A stretch of 63,618 bases of DNA, the filler included, from Perkinsus chesapeaki ATCC PRA-425 (lineage: Eukaryota; Protista; Perkinsozoa): NCBI GenBank assembly GCA_013115145.1. It is 8 parts of 8 records of this genome, joined end to end, with 100 filler letters (N's around TTAATTAATTAA, not from the genome) between each part and the next. Parts side by side here need not be neighbours in the genome. Positions count along the whole stretch, not along the records: positions 24,449 to 28,672 come from JAAPAO010001294.1; positions 28,773 to 51,222 come from JAAPAO010000580.1; 6 more parts are not named here. One strand, 5' to 3'. A model generated the notes under the pieces. The model worked only from the letters and a program-made list of their open reading frames with translations. It was not told the origin of the DNA and ran no database searches. The position numbers were made by a program, and so were the translations under genes. Positions 24,449 through 37,600 of the stretch are shown piece after piece. The first letter of the stretch is position 1. Each line of letters begins with the position of its first letter.

Positions 24449-24546
24449 CAGCATTACTACACACATTTTGCAGGTGAGGTTTTGCCGGACCTGAGGGTTT
24501 TGACCCAACTGAGGTGCAGCCGAAACCGGGAATCAACACGCAAGAG

Positions 24547-24568
24547 CCGTCGTGACGACGCCGTCGTC
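24547..24568. other. 22-nt footprint, 1 mismatch at the second centre; target CCGTCGTC
   Basis: CCGTCGT-G-ACGACG-c-CGTCGTC. Confidence 0.7.
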
Positions 24569-24627
24569 GACAGCCCATCGGGGAACAGCATCACAGGTCG
24601 ACTCGACCTGTGAGAGCTCATGCTGGG

Positions 24628-24649
24628 GGAAGCTGAGCTTCCGAAGCTC
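24628..24649. other. 22-nt footprint, perfect; target GGAAGCTC
   Basis: GGAAGCT-G-AGCTTC-C-GAAGCTC. Confidence 0.85.
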
Positions 24650-25515
24650 AGATCCTTTTGCCAGACTCGTTGCCTTCGGAAATAGGAGGAACATTGGAAT
24701 ACATGGCAACGCGAGCAGCCAATGGTGAACCACAAACACACGAGTGCAAATCTCTCGTGTCCCCTCAAGGGAGAGGGTAGGTAAACAGGTTGCCACGAGT
24801 CGTGAATAACGACCTAGTCGTTCAACAGCGCCAACTCATCTCGGACACACGAAGATGATAGTGGAAGGAATCGCGACCGCGGAAGATAGAAATCTGGTCG
24901 CGACACATCGGCTGTGCAGCACTGGCGCAAGTGAGAGCGTCAAATGGCTCGACTCACGGCACAAGTCAGTGCAAACACGGCATGGAAGAAAACCTAACCC
25001 GATCCGAGCAACTCGTGAATACTCGCCTATCAATGTTTCACAATGATGAGTATTCTCAGTTGCAGCTCGAGTTTCGAGTTCAAACCAGCGCCGCTGTCGA
25101 CAAGAAGGCGAACCGGACGTCCAGCAACTTTATCACCTCTGCATTCAAATGCGTGATGCTCTAGCATAGCACATCGGCAACAGGCATCTTTATCGATGTC
25201 CCCAGAGCAAGCGAGAGACTCGCTTCGTCATCATCAGAGGCCTTGGTGTCGGCTACAGAAACCTGCGCACGTTTGCCACCACGTGGTGGCAATGCCCTCC
25301 TTCTTGCAGAACCTACCGGCGTCTCATTATATTGTGCCCATCTACGAACCTCATTGCGCATTGCCGAGTAATTGGCCACGACTGAATAGCCTAAAGCGTC
25401 AGTCCAGCGTTGGGCATTAGACGGCAAAGACGCGTGGAGCTTGGAGCGCAACTCACGGTGAAGAACGGCACTGCCTCGGGATAGTGCAACACGGTCAGCC
25501 AAAGTGAGTAGCTTA

Positions 25516-26446
25516 AAGGGTGTCCGATAACTTTTCATCCAATTTTGAATGAAGGTTTCTCGCCAACCAGGGAGTGTTCGATAGTGAAATTTAGAAGGTA
25601 TCTCCAAAGGTGGAGGTATCTCCAAAGGTGGTTCAAAATTATACTCACCGAGTTTCAGACCAATACTCGGCCTCTGGTCTCCACACGAGCTCTGCGCGTG
25701 AAAATTTTTCGGGAGGTCAAAAACTCGGAAATTTTGACCCAGTTTTTTTTCATCGCAATAGTAACACAACCAGGATGCTAATCGCGGAAAGAAAACATCT
25801 CGAAACACGTTCTCACTCAGTCAGAATCCTCCTCGGAGCGTGACAAAAAGAAGGTCTGTGGATGATCTCCATCCAACAAGTCGCTGTCGAAGCTGCTGCC
25901 GCTCTCCCCAGAGTCTGAAAATGCATCCACAGCATCGTAAGTGATGCAAGTCGGGCAATCACATTCCCTCTCCTTCCCTCTAGAAGACCACTGTGCACCG
26001 ATCCATTCACCTCCAACGCGAGCGATCTCTGCGAGCTTAGTCGGGACTGCATGCACCAACCTCACGAATGTTGAGGCCGGGATGGGTTTCCAAGCATCCT
26101 CGATCAGATTTTTCTGGATGCAAATCCCACATTTTCTCGTCAGTGATGCTCCCACCACTTTGGACTCTTGTTCATCCAGCGACTTGCAAAAGCGAATTGG
26201 CGTTCCTCATGCTTGCTCGTTAGGCGAGAGCCTCTGTGACGAATGAATGAGCCGAGTCCTAGTCCTTTGAAGATGCGTGAGACAGATGATTTGCCAACCC
26301 GCTTTCCTCGAAGCTTCGCGATCACCTTCCAGAGTTCCCTGATGTGAAACACCTTTATATATACCTTCAAAATTTCACTATCAAACACTCCCTGGTTGGC
26401 GAGAAACCTTCATTCAAAATTGGATGAAAAGTTATGGGACACCCTT
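25516..26446 (-). mobile_element. Internally deleted Tc1/mariner-superfamily DNA transposon (931 bp)
   Basis: TIRs of about 85 bp starting AAGGGTGTCC[G/C]ATAACTTTTCATCCAATTTTGAATG, flanked by TA at 25514-15 and 26447-48. Minus strand encodes VGKSSVSRIFKGLGL...RLTSKHEERQFAFASRWMNKSPKWW (Tc3-type second HTH) and a frameshifted ITDEKMW (first catalytic Asp). Confidence 0.88.
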
Positions 26447-26635
26447 TAGCGAGATGGGACTCCATTCTCAAAGATCCAGCAACATAGGTAAGTTTATCCC
26501 ATTCCTATTGAGTGGCTAGCTGTGAGGCAAGCACGCTATATTCCAAGAACAGATCAGACCGCAATATTGTCAGTTTACGCTCCCAATCCTGACTAGACAC
26601 ACCTTCCTTCTTGACCTGAGCCTTCACTCCTTTAT

Positions 26636-27031
26636 TTATATAGCCGGATACGTCTTCATCAAGAATAGTTCGTACTCAAATGAATGGGAGCCGCAAGCAT
26701 ACTCGTCCACGGAGTCAATCTCATCTAAGAGCACAGCAAAAGATCTTGGATCTTTCGATCCTACACAGAGGCCATCAGCAACCTTTCCGGCCTCCTTAGC
26801 ACGAGAAATCAATTCAGAGATATTAACGCTACCTCCCTTATCATCCACTTTAACCGCAGTGGTTTGGTCCTGGTCCTTAACCTTCAGAAGGTGCTTTAGT
26901 CCTCTTCTTTGTGTCAGCTTATCCGGCCAGCTGATATTGGTGTCCTTGGCATGAGCTTGATCAAGATCGGCCATATGCAACTGGTCAATAAGCTCAATAC
27001 TGATACCTGAATTGGACGCTAAGCATTGCAA
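26636..27031 (-). CDS. Probable exon or fragment of a hypothetical protein
   Basis: 131-aa ORF with protein-like composition. No family recognised. Confidence 0.3.
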   Translation of the reverse strand: MQCLASNSGISIELIDQLHMADLDQAHAKDTNISWPDKLTQRRGLKHLLKVKDQDQTTAVKVDDKGGSVNISELISRAKEAGKVADGLCVGSKDPRSFAVLLDEIDSVDEYACGSHSFEYELFLMKTYPAI

Positions 27032-28672
27032 ATCACTAGAAGTACAGTGTGACCACTAACCGAAGCAGACAGCGAGCCGTTCACAGAGCCAGCTATACCA
27101 GTGCCACCGCCCAAACCAGAGTTAGTGCTTCTTGGCTCAGCCCCCAATATGTCAGTGCTATGTTTCCCAATGTTTAACTCAGGACTTGACGATGGTAAGG
27201 TAGCAGTAACAAATAACTATAGTAGTTATGAGCTACTATAACTATACTAGCTCACACTCATTATTTACGTTGTGTAGCAAACTAACCTAGCGTAACAGCT
27301 TTGTGTTACAGACATATAAGAGGATATACAAGATAGCAAGATATTACAATATTTACTCATCGATCAATAAAATACTATCATAATGTGCACGCACCCACTT
27401 CAGCCGTCCCTTTGAGAATCGTCATTGTTGACACAGACACTTGGTGTAGTGTTGCATCAGCCAACTCGAGAGCCGAGATCTTGTTCAGCATACTGCCCGG
27501 TTCCTCTTTAGAGTCCAGTATTCCTCTGGTTCGCAGCTCTCACAAGCTGTGGGACATTTTCTATGTTATTCGCCACCACCCAGTCAGCTTATTTTGCATA
27601 ACTTACAGCCTTCTCCTGCCTCACCATTTCCCTCACTTGAAGTGATTATCTTTTTGCAGTAGCTCTGCTGAAGAGGCCGGTTGACCGGAGCTTGAAAATG
27701 ACCCCCAATCTGACTTACAGCAGTATTCATAGGCAGTCAAATATGACGGAGTATTGCCCCGAAAGACTCTTATGACAAGTTGTCCCAGGTTTTAACAAAT
27801 AGGTATTACCGCCGACCGGGTGGAGCTAGGTAATCAAGTAAAAACAGGTAGACATTAGAACCTCAGAATGGCATGCTTGCGCAGAACCTCACTGTACGCC
27901 AGTGTATTATTTGACACTTGAGCGATCTCAGGCGGCTCCCTGTATCCTACCTTTTCCTCCGCAAGGGAATCAGCTTTTTGTGATCTTCCCGTAGAGCGTC
28001 GGGTGTGATCATGCACGCCCCGACACGCCCATTCCCTCGCAGCCGCACGGCCAACCTGGCAAGAATCAGTAGTCGGCAACGATATGGTAGCGTCCATCGG
28101 CAATTGGGACTTCCATGGAATATGCCATCAGCTGGAGACCTACGCCTTTCATGGCACAATGTGCCGTTGCACTTGTCACTGGCCGGGCGAGTAAACTGTG
28201 GTAGTGTGGCTGTGACTGGCGACTTTCTCCTTCTCGCTGCAGTGCCAATCAGTGAAGATGAGTTACTCGGCGGCTCGAGGATCGGACGATCAGTGGCATG
28301 AAGTTCTTTAAACGTGATCGCTTCTTGAGGACTTCCCGGTGAGCTTAACCTAACTGCTGGCCGAGAGCTCGTCGATAGCACTTCATAAGTGGGTTTTTGG
28401 GAGCTTGTCGATGGAAAGTCGTTATCCGGCATTCGGGAGCCTCTCGACGGAATACTATTCATGGAAACGGCGGAGTTCGCCGACTACTTGCTTGAAAGAG
28501 CCCAAAAATATGTCGAGACTGCATCTCGGCACTTGCCCGGCTGTTCTCCCTTTCAACGCCGGGTCAGTGACCACAACAAGCGGATAGACGTTGTTGTACC
28601 GACTGATCAACGGATCCGCTTGAATGGGGTATTCACATAGGTGATGGCATGTTTCCCCCTCCAAACGCTTCG

Positions 28673-28772
28673 NNNNNNNNNNNNNNNNNNNNNNNNNNNN
28701 NNNNNNNNNNNNNNNNTTAATTAATTAANNNNNNNNNNNNNNNNNNNNNNNNNNNNNNNNNNNNNNNNNNNN
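28673..28772. other. Artificial contig spacer
   Basis: 44 N + TTAATTAATTAA + 44 N. Confidence 0.98.
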
Positions 28773-28774
28773 GG

Positions 28775-29311
28775 GTGGGGCAGGTGAAAAGCCTTGTCAA
28801 CACGTTCGAAGGGCGACATTCTAGTGGGAGTGATCCTCTCCTACATAATATTGGATATGAAGGTAACATATTAACTAGGATACTAGGTTGTATCGCATCA
28901 CTTGCAATATTAATTGTATCTATTCTTGGACATTTCGCTTTTGCTGAAGAAGTAAGTTTAATTTATTATTATTATTTAGATCTAATATACTATTATTAGG
29001 TCCGTAATCCATTAACAACAATGTTATGTGTATTATATTTGGTGATTGGTATTATATTAATAATTATTGAATTTATGCCAAACATATCATTATCCAATTC
29101 TATATTTGAAGAAGCCCAATTCTTACGTCATCTAATTGGTAAATCATCTTTTTATCTATTCATTGGTTTACTATTTATATGCCAAGGCTCAATAGTTAAT
29201 AATAATAGTAAAGTATCATCATGGATGTTTATTTCCGTTGGTATTTATTTGGATGTAATTGCTATCTTATTCTTCTTAATTGGTTTAAAGATGCGTAGAT
29301 CGGGTTACTAG
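28775..29311 (+). CDS. COPI-associated (TVP15-like) multi-pass Golgi membrane protein, 5'-partial, one intron
   Basis: Several TM segments and AQFLRHLIGKSSFYLFIGLL, matching the family FLxxxxGRGxFYxFxG motif. Confidence 0.7.
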
Positions 29312-29414
29312 TAATATTAAACATTTTCTATTATTGTAGTGTATTGTTAATACTGGTAAATCAATATTATAATAATATTAGAAACAAAAGGAATTGAATA
29401 AGTATTTAATATAC

Positions 29415-31744
29415 TTACTTACGCCCAAGTGGTTTAAGTGATTCAAGCATACTAGCATCTCTTTTTGCAATACCTTGCCGAGATATTTTATTAGTAGCTG
29501 TTAAACACTTATTATCAGTAGTCCATGGATCACATATTAAACCAATACCTGATAATTTCTCAATAGGTAATAAATGACCCTTTTTGTAACAATCCATAAG
29601 GGACTTCATAACCTCCTTATTAACATCAGGATTCTTAAGAAGATCTTGTAAATTATTATATTTAATATTATTATCATCTGCCCATTTAGTAATACTCTTA
29701 TCTCTAACTTGTACTATAGCAACTGGTCTATCCATAGTACCATCACCATATACCATTAAACCACCAGCAAGTGCATCAACATAAGGTGACCCACCATATA
29801 CCATTTCCATATTCTCCATAGCTATATATTCACCACCTTTTAATTTAGCCAAATTCTTAATACGATCAATAATACGTAAAGTACCATCGTTACACCACAT
29901 ACCAATATCACCAGTCTTAAACCAACCATTAGGTAAAAATGATTCCTTAGTTTTATCAGGTAATCTAAAGTATCCATAACTTACACTAGGCCCACGTATC
30001 ATAACTTCACCTCTACCTAGACATGGTTTACCATCAGCATCCATTGTATCTTTACTAAGATAAGGTGAACCATTTGGATCTAATATTTCAGGTTCACCAT
30101 CAGGTCCTATACATGATCTTAACATAATCTCACAACCAGGTATTGGTGGTCCAACATTAAATGGACGTGTATCACCAAGTAATGAGAATGATGCCCCAGC
30201 ACATGTTTCAGTTAATGCATAACCTTGTACAACATAACAACCAAATGCAGTACGTATCCAGTCTTGAACATCACCAGCTAAAGGACCACCACCAGATAAT
30301 ATACCAGTAACTCTGCCACCTAACATATCTTCAATCTTTTTAAATACAATCTTATCAAATAAAGGTGTATATCGACCATTATTCAGTGCTGATAATTTCC
30401 AAGCAAATGCTTCCTTAACAATATGTTGTTTAGTAGGAGGTAGCTTTGATATAACAGCGAGTGCTCCTTTCATTATTACTTCATAAACTTTAGGTACACC
30501 CATAATAAGATGTGGTTTAAACTCCTTTAAAGCACCATATGGCTTAGCACCAACATCAGATATTGTATGTGGATCAGCATAACCAATATTACCACCCAAT
30601 GACAATACACCAATATGAATAGCTAATTCGAATATATGGGCTAATGGTAGATAGGCTAAATGGGAGAAGTGTGGTGGTACAGCAGATACACAAATAGGTA
30701 TAACAGATCCAATGGTAAATACAATACTAGAATGTGGCATAACAACACCTTTAGGTTTACCAGTAGTACCACTAGTATACATAATAACAGCTACTGAATC
30801 TTCACTTGCTTTATTAATAGGATATTCCTTTTCACATTTCATACCAATTTCCATAGCTTTAGCATATGGTATAACTTCAATACCATCATGACTCTTAATG
30901 TCGTCGTCTTTATTAGCAGCTGCTATCTTTGGATCAACATTAAGATCTGTATAAATAATATATTTAAGTGTTGGCATCTCCTTTCGTTTAGATATAATAG
31001 TATTAACATTTTTCCTATTGCATAGTAAAGTAGTCCTTTCACCTTCTTCAACTGCTTGTACTACTGCATCTGGTCCTAATGTACCATATACTGTAGTTAC
31101 TAACATATCTTGACTCCATGCACCCAATGCTGCTGTTATCCACATATCGCATGTATCTTCAAATATAACTAATGAATATTCACCAAGTAGATCATGATCA
31201 TAATCTTTAGTATGTTTAACTTGTGGTTTATTGCCAATAGAGCGCAAGAAAGCACCAAATGCACGATAATTATCACCAAGTTGTTTATAAGTAGTCCAAT
31301 GTGTTGGTCCAAATACACTAACTGGGAATCTAACTTAATAAATTGTGATTAATTAATACTTGTTATTATACGTGTTATTACCTTTGTCCAACATCTTCTT
31401 TACCTTTATATTCTCTCATACCCAATGCTTTCATATCAGGATATTGTGATACACTACATTCAACAAGATCAAGTAATGTTTTAGCATCTGGTGATGCCCA
31501 ATCACATACTAGTTTAAAATCTTTACATCCAGTTCTCATACGAATGGCATCACCGTTCTAAATATATCACTATTATACATTATATACTTATTACTATTAC
31601 CTCTTCACCAGTTACTTCCGAATTCATTACTGAATCAACTGGCTTATGTTTAAACTGTTTAATAGGTCCACCAGTAATTAACCATGCACATGAATCTAAT
31701 AACTTAAGTAGACCAGATACAATCGATGCACCTATAGTAGTCAT
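29415..31744 (-). CDS. Long-chain acyl-CoA synthetase A (3 exons)
   Basis: AMP-binding IMYTSGTTGKPKG, YLPLAHIFE, QGYALTET, GWFKTGDIG and RIIDRIKNLAKLKGGEYIA. Introns at about 31558-31600 and 31330-31381. Confidence 0.95.
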
Positions 31745-32159
31745 GTAGATGATATAAATAATAATACTGATATATTTAATATATAAATTATTAACTCAAA
31801 GCCAGCATATGAATGATAAGGAATAATCATTGTACCAATAATCTAGTGTATTATCAAACTGCACCTGCTGCTGCTGCTGCCATTCACCCATTTATAGGGT
31901 GATGTTGCAGCAGCAGCATGGGGAGCAGGATGAGGAGGAGGAGGGAGTGGTAGTAGAAATGTTGTAAGGAGGTTTGTAGATATTGGTAAGCTGCTTTGTT
32001 GGTAGTGGTAAGTGGACAATACGAGAATAGACTATATATTATTATTGTGACTAAACATATCCTTTGTCAAATATCTCACAATAATATTATTAAGTCTTGG
32101 CAAAAAACAATCTTATTATTGGTTATTAATGATCATGCTATCTTTGTTGATGTTGGCAT

Positions 32160-34458
32160 TTAACGTCTACCAGCCTTTTTAAGCTGTTCCAACATATCAG
32201 CATGTCTAGCACATATACCACTTCGGGATATCTTCTGTGTAGCAGTCATACATTTATTATCTGATGTCCAAGGATCATGTATTAGACCAACTGCAACAAT
32301 CTTCTCTAATGCTGATAGATTACTCTTCTTATGAATATCCATCATATCTCTTAGAACCTCTTTATTTGCTGCAGGATTTGATAACAAATCATCCTCATCC
32401 TTATATTCAACCTTATTAGCATCAGCCCATTTTTCCAAGTTCTTAACATTAACTTGTACTATAGCAACTGGTCTATCCATAGTACCATCACCATATACCA
32501 TAACACCACCAGCAAGTGCATTAACATATTCAGAAGTACCATAAATATTCTCCATATTCTCCAAAGCTATATATTCACCACCCTTCAGTTTAACAAGATT
32601 CTTAACACGATCAATGATACGTAGTGTTCCATCAGGTAACCATTCACCAACATCACCAGTCTTAAACCAGCCATCAGGTAAATAAGTCTTAGCAGTTAGT
32701 TCTGGTAGCTTATAATAGCATTTACTAATACTAGGCCCACGTATCATAACTTCACCTCTACCTAGACATGGTTCACCATCAGCATCCATTGTATCTTTAC
32801 TAAGATAAGGTAAGCTAGACTTATCTAACACTTCAGGTTCACCATCAGGTCCTATACATGATCTTAACATAATCTCCATACCAGGTTCCGGTGGACCAAC
32901 ATTAGAGCCTCTCGTATCTTCCATAAGCGATATACAACCACCAGCACAAGTCTCAGTTAAACCATAACCTTGAATAACAGGGCATGAGAATACACTTAAA
33001 CAGAACTTTTGAACTTCAGCAGATAATGCACCACCACCAGATAAAACAACAGCTACATTACCACCAAATGCTGCTTTAACCTTGTTAAATAATACAAGGT
33101 CAAATACTGGTGTAGTACGGCCATTACTCATAGCTTCATATTTATACCTAAATCATTTAATAATAACAACAACTTATTGCCGCTTACTCTAATGCAGCAT
33201 CAGCAAGATCTCTCTTCCATTGGGGTAAATGTGAGAATTTAGCCTTAGCACCTTTCATAATAACCTCAAATATCTTAGGTACACCCATGATAAGATGTGG
33301 TTTAAACTCCTCTAATGCACCAGTAGGTCTAGCTCCAGCTCTGGTAATAGTATGTGGATCAGCATAACCAATATGCCCACCCATGGACAATACACCAACA
33401 TGGACTGCTAACTCATAAACATGAGCTAATGGTAGATAGGCTAAATGAGTAAAGTGTTTAGGGAAGTAATCAATAACAAGTGGTATAACAGTAGCAATAG
33501 TAAATCTTATGGATTTATGTGGCATAACAACACCTTTAGGTTTACCAGTAGTACCACTAGTATACATAACAACAGCTACTGAATCTTCAACACATTTATG
33601 CATTGGATATTTATCAGTAAGTTCATTACCAAGCTTTAAGGCATCGTAATACTCAATAACTGATATACCAGAATCTTCAAAACCAGTAAGACCTTCCTTG
33701 CAATCTTTGGGATCAATATTCCAGTTGGTATAAATAATATGCTTTAATGTCGGCATATCAGATTTTCTAGCAATAAGCTTACCAACATTCTTCCTATTAC
33801 AGAATATAGTAGTAGCATTACTCTCTTGAATAGATTGTACAACAGCATCTGGTCCTAATGTACCATAAACGGTTGATATAAACATATCTTGGCTCCATGC
33901 ACCCAAGGCAGTAGTGATCCAAGCATCACATGTGTCCTCAAACATGATAACAGAGCAAGCTCCGTGACAGTCATCAGCATTACCAGTATGAGGTTGAGCA
34001 TGATTACCAATGCTTAAAAGATATGCCCCCATGGCACGAAGATTGCAGCCTAACTGACCAAAGGTAGTCCAATTGGTTTTACCAAATACTTTAACTGGGA
34101 ATCTTTCACCAATATCCTTATAACCAAGGAATTCTCTAACACCAAGAGCAGGGAAATCAGGTTGATTCTCAACATTAGAATAGACTAAGTCTAAACATGT
34201 TTCAGCACCAGGTGCCCAGAAACATACTGGCTTGAAATCCTTCTTACCAGTCATAACACGAATAGGGTCACCATTCTGAATATGAATAATAAATTATAAT
34301 ATTATATATTATGTTACCTCTTCACCAACAACTTCTGAGTTATCTTGATCTTCGGGTTTCTTAAAGTTAAGTCGTCGAATGGGGCCACCAGTGATGACCC
34401 AGACTAGTAAATCCAGGAATTTTAATATCCCAGTGGCAATTGATACGCCTATAGACAT
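32160..34458 (-). CDS. Long-chain acyl-CoA synthetase B (tandem paralog, 3 exons)
   Basis: VMYTSGTTGKPKG, QGYGLTET, GWFKTGDVG and KLKGGEYIA. Introns at about 34277-34317 and 33148-33187. Confidence 0.95.
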
Positions 34459-34644
34459 AACAACAACAACAAACTACAAATCTAACAACTATAATCATAT
34501 CATCATTGCTTTAGGGTTAATAATCATAGGTCATTATAAAATAGGCTAAGGAGGCTAGACTTGTAAAAAGCGCACGCCAAAACGAGCTGCGCATTTTAAT
34601 AAATCTTAATAATCTTAGAATTGAATTTATTTAGTGTTGATGAA

Positions 34645-37600
34645 ATGGAAAGTAGTAATCAAGAAGGATCTAGACGGTCATCAAATATTACAGTAAGCTC
34701 ATTTGGAGCATCAGATAATCATGCTAATAATGATGTTAATAATGATGGTAATAAAAGTATATAGCTTCCATAGTTAAATGGTGGTATAGACGTTGCCATA
34801 ATAAGACCATCCCAACCAGTAACAAGGACTATGTCTACTGGTAATATACCATCACCAACTAAAAGATTTCAAAGTCTTATACATGCTGCACAATCATTAA
34901 GAAGGCAATCAGCTGGAGATGCTTTTGCTAGTGTTGTATTACGGTAATGATAATATATATTATTAGTATACAATATATTAATAATAGGAAAAGCTTATAT
35001 GAAAGGAAAATAACAAGACGTGGTACAAGAGACTTCTCAGCTGTAATAATATATAGGGTTTATAATATATATGTTGGTAGATACAAAGAAGAACTAGTTA
35101 TGGTAATATAAGTGTAGTTGATGATGATAATGTTAAAGAAGAAGCATTACCTGATGATATGTATTATCGAATAGAAGGCAATAAAGATTTACAAATACCT
35201 ATTAATAAAGATAATAATATACCTAATCATTTAATTAATAATGAACGTAATATTGATAATAAATATAATGTTATATTATATATTAGGTACATTTGGGTTC
35301 GATTTTAATAATAGATATAATATATTATTCTTACCTGATGGAGATAGATTCGCATATGTAACCGGACAATATGTTAATATGTAATATAATATTAAATATA
35401 TTATAGATAGGTATATTTAGATATACCTTATCAACTGGTAATCAAATAAGTATACCAAGTATTGATAATGGTGGTATTGGTGCATTAGCCATTCATCATA
35501 ATGGTTATTATATAAGTATAGGGGAAAAGTGTTGGCATAGGAAACCTAATGTGTAATAGTTATATACTGTATTATTATTACTAATATATACAGATATATA
35601 TACGATATTAAGAATGATTTCCACACTGGTGATGCATATCCAGCTGCTTTATCCAGAGTCCTTCGTGGAGGTAGTAGTATAATATATATTAATATTATGC
35701 CCTATTATTATAGGAGCTGATAGAGGATATGCATCGATAGATTTCAGCCCACATGATACAAGACAATTATGTAAATAATACCTTGTATTTGATAATATTT
35801 AATATTATATAAGGTACACTAGGATGCTCTCCTGATTATATGTTATCTATTTGGGATTGGCATTCTGAGAAGGTATTGTTACGATGTAAGGCTTTTGGAC
35901 AGGAGGTTATTAAATGTGTATGGGGAAGGTTTCCAGGAACACTAATAACATATGGTAATACCAGGGATCGAACCAGGGACCTATCGATTATTATTAAGGT
36001 ATTGGACATATACGCTTCTGGAAGATGGCTAAGACTTTTACTGGTTTAAAATTACAAGGTGATATAGGAAAGTTTGGCCAAGCTGAACTTAGTGATATTG
36101 AAGCTTATATACAATTATCAGATGGTAAAGTTGTTACAGGTAATTAGTAGTTGAACTACTAAGGGTAGATTGAGCAATGGTGGAGGCAACAGTTGTCTTT
36201 AGGAAGTGAATATGGTAAATTACTATTATGGGAAGGAGTTTTTGTTAAATGTGAGATGGTACGTAAATTAGATGATAGTAGTACTATACCATGTCATAAT
36301 GGCCCTATTGGTGTGGTAATAAGTAACATATTTATTATACTAGAGTATTATTATAACTAGGTATTTATATCTGATATAATAACACTTGATGGAGGAGCAA
36401 CAACAACAACAGCAGTAGTAACTGGTGGTTATGATGGTTATATTAGATGGTGGTCATTGAATGATATTGATAAAGCTGAGACGCCTGATATAGAAGAAGG
36501 AGCAGCCGGAGGAGGAGGAGGAGGGGTGTTAGATGTATTATATTTGTACGATATAATATACACTTTAATTTAATTATAGGTTGGTATTACTTTATTAAAG
36601 GGATATAAGTTATCTACTAAGGATGGTAATACAGCAATAATACAACATATTGAAAGGTAATAATATATTAATATTCATTATATATATGTATTAATAGATC
36701 TAAAGATGATAGAAAATGGTTAATACAAGATCCATCTAATGGTATTATATGGCTATTATATAAAGATAATGATACTACTATAGAGGTTAAGGAGGTATAG
36801 TGTATAATAATAAACTATATAATTGAGTAGTAATATAGGTATTAAGGGCACCTAGTAGGGCACTGAAGGGGGTATTATTATTACCTAAAACATCAATAGC
36901 AATTACTGGTGGTATGGATGGTATATTAAGTAAGTATAGGATAGGTTATTATTATTAATATATTACTATTAGGGGCATATAATATAACTAAAGATACTCC
37001 TAATATGGGAGAGTTATATAATTATAAAAGTATATATAACGATGGTAGTGGAGTCCAGAGGATAACAGTATTAAATATGGTAATATATTATCAACAATAT
37101 TAGGGTATTGTATTGATGTAGATTTGTGGGAATTATGGTAGTATTATTATAGTTGGATATGAAGATGGAACAGTGAGGGGTTTATTGTGTATTTCATGAA
37201 TATAGCTATTTTTAGATAAGAGCTTTTACCCTTACCAAAGATGGAGGAGGTTTTACATTAATAAAATGCTATAAACCACATTGTAAAGGATCTGTTGATT
37301 ATATCCTTATTAACAGTAAGAAGAGTGGCAATGCTTGGTGAAGATATTAGGTCATGATATTATTTAGATAATATATTAATAACCATTTCAAAAGCAGATT
37401 CAACAGCCTTCTGCTTTAGTATCGATAAGTAGGTATTAACATTAACTAGTTAATATATATATATCTATATAGGAATAATATAAGAGAAATAATAGAGCCA
37501 ATAGGATTCATAGAAGTAAAGGATCATGCTGCATGCTGCCCTACATCATCAATAACAACTGCTACATTAAGATATAATAATAATAGGATATTAATAGGTA

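Noticed and set aside
25180-25400. LYCAHLRTSL resembles the CxxH motif of hAT/MULE transposases
   Set aside because: Spacing to any candidate catalytic Asp is wrong, no other motifs are present and stops intervene. It is not enough to call a transposase.
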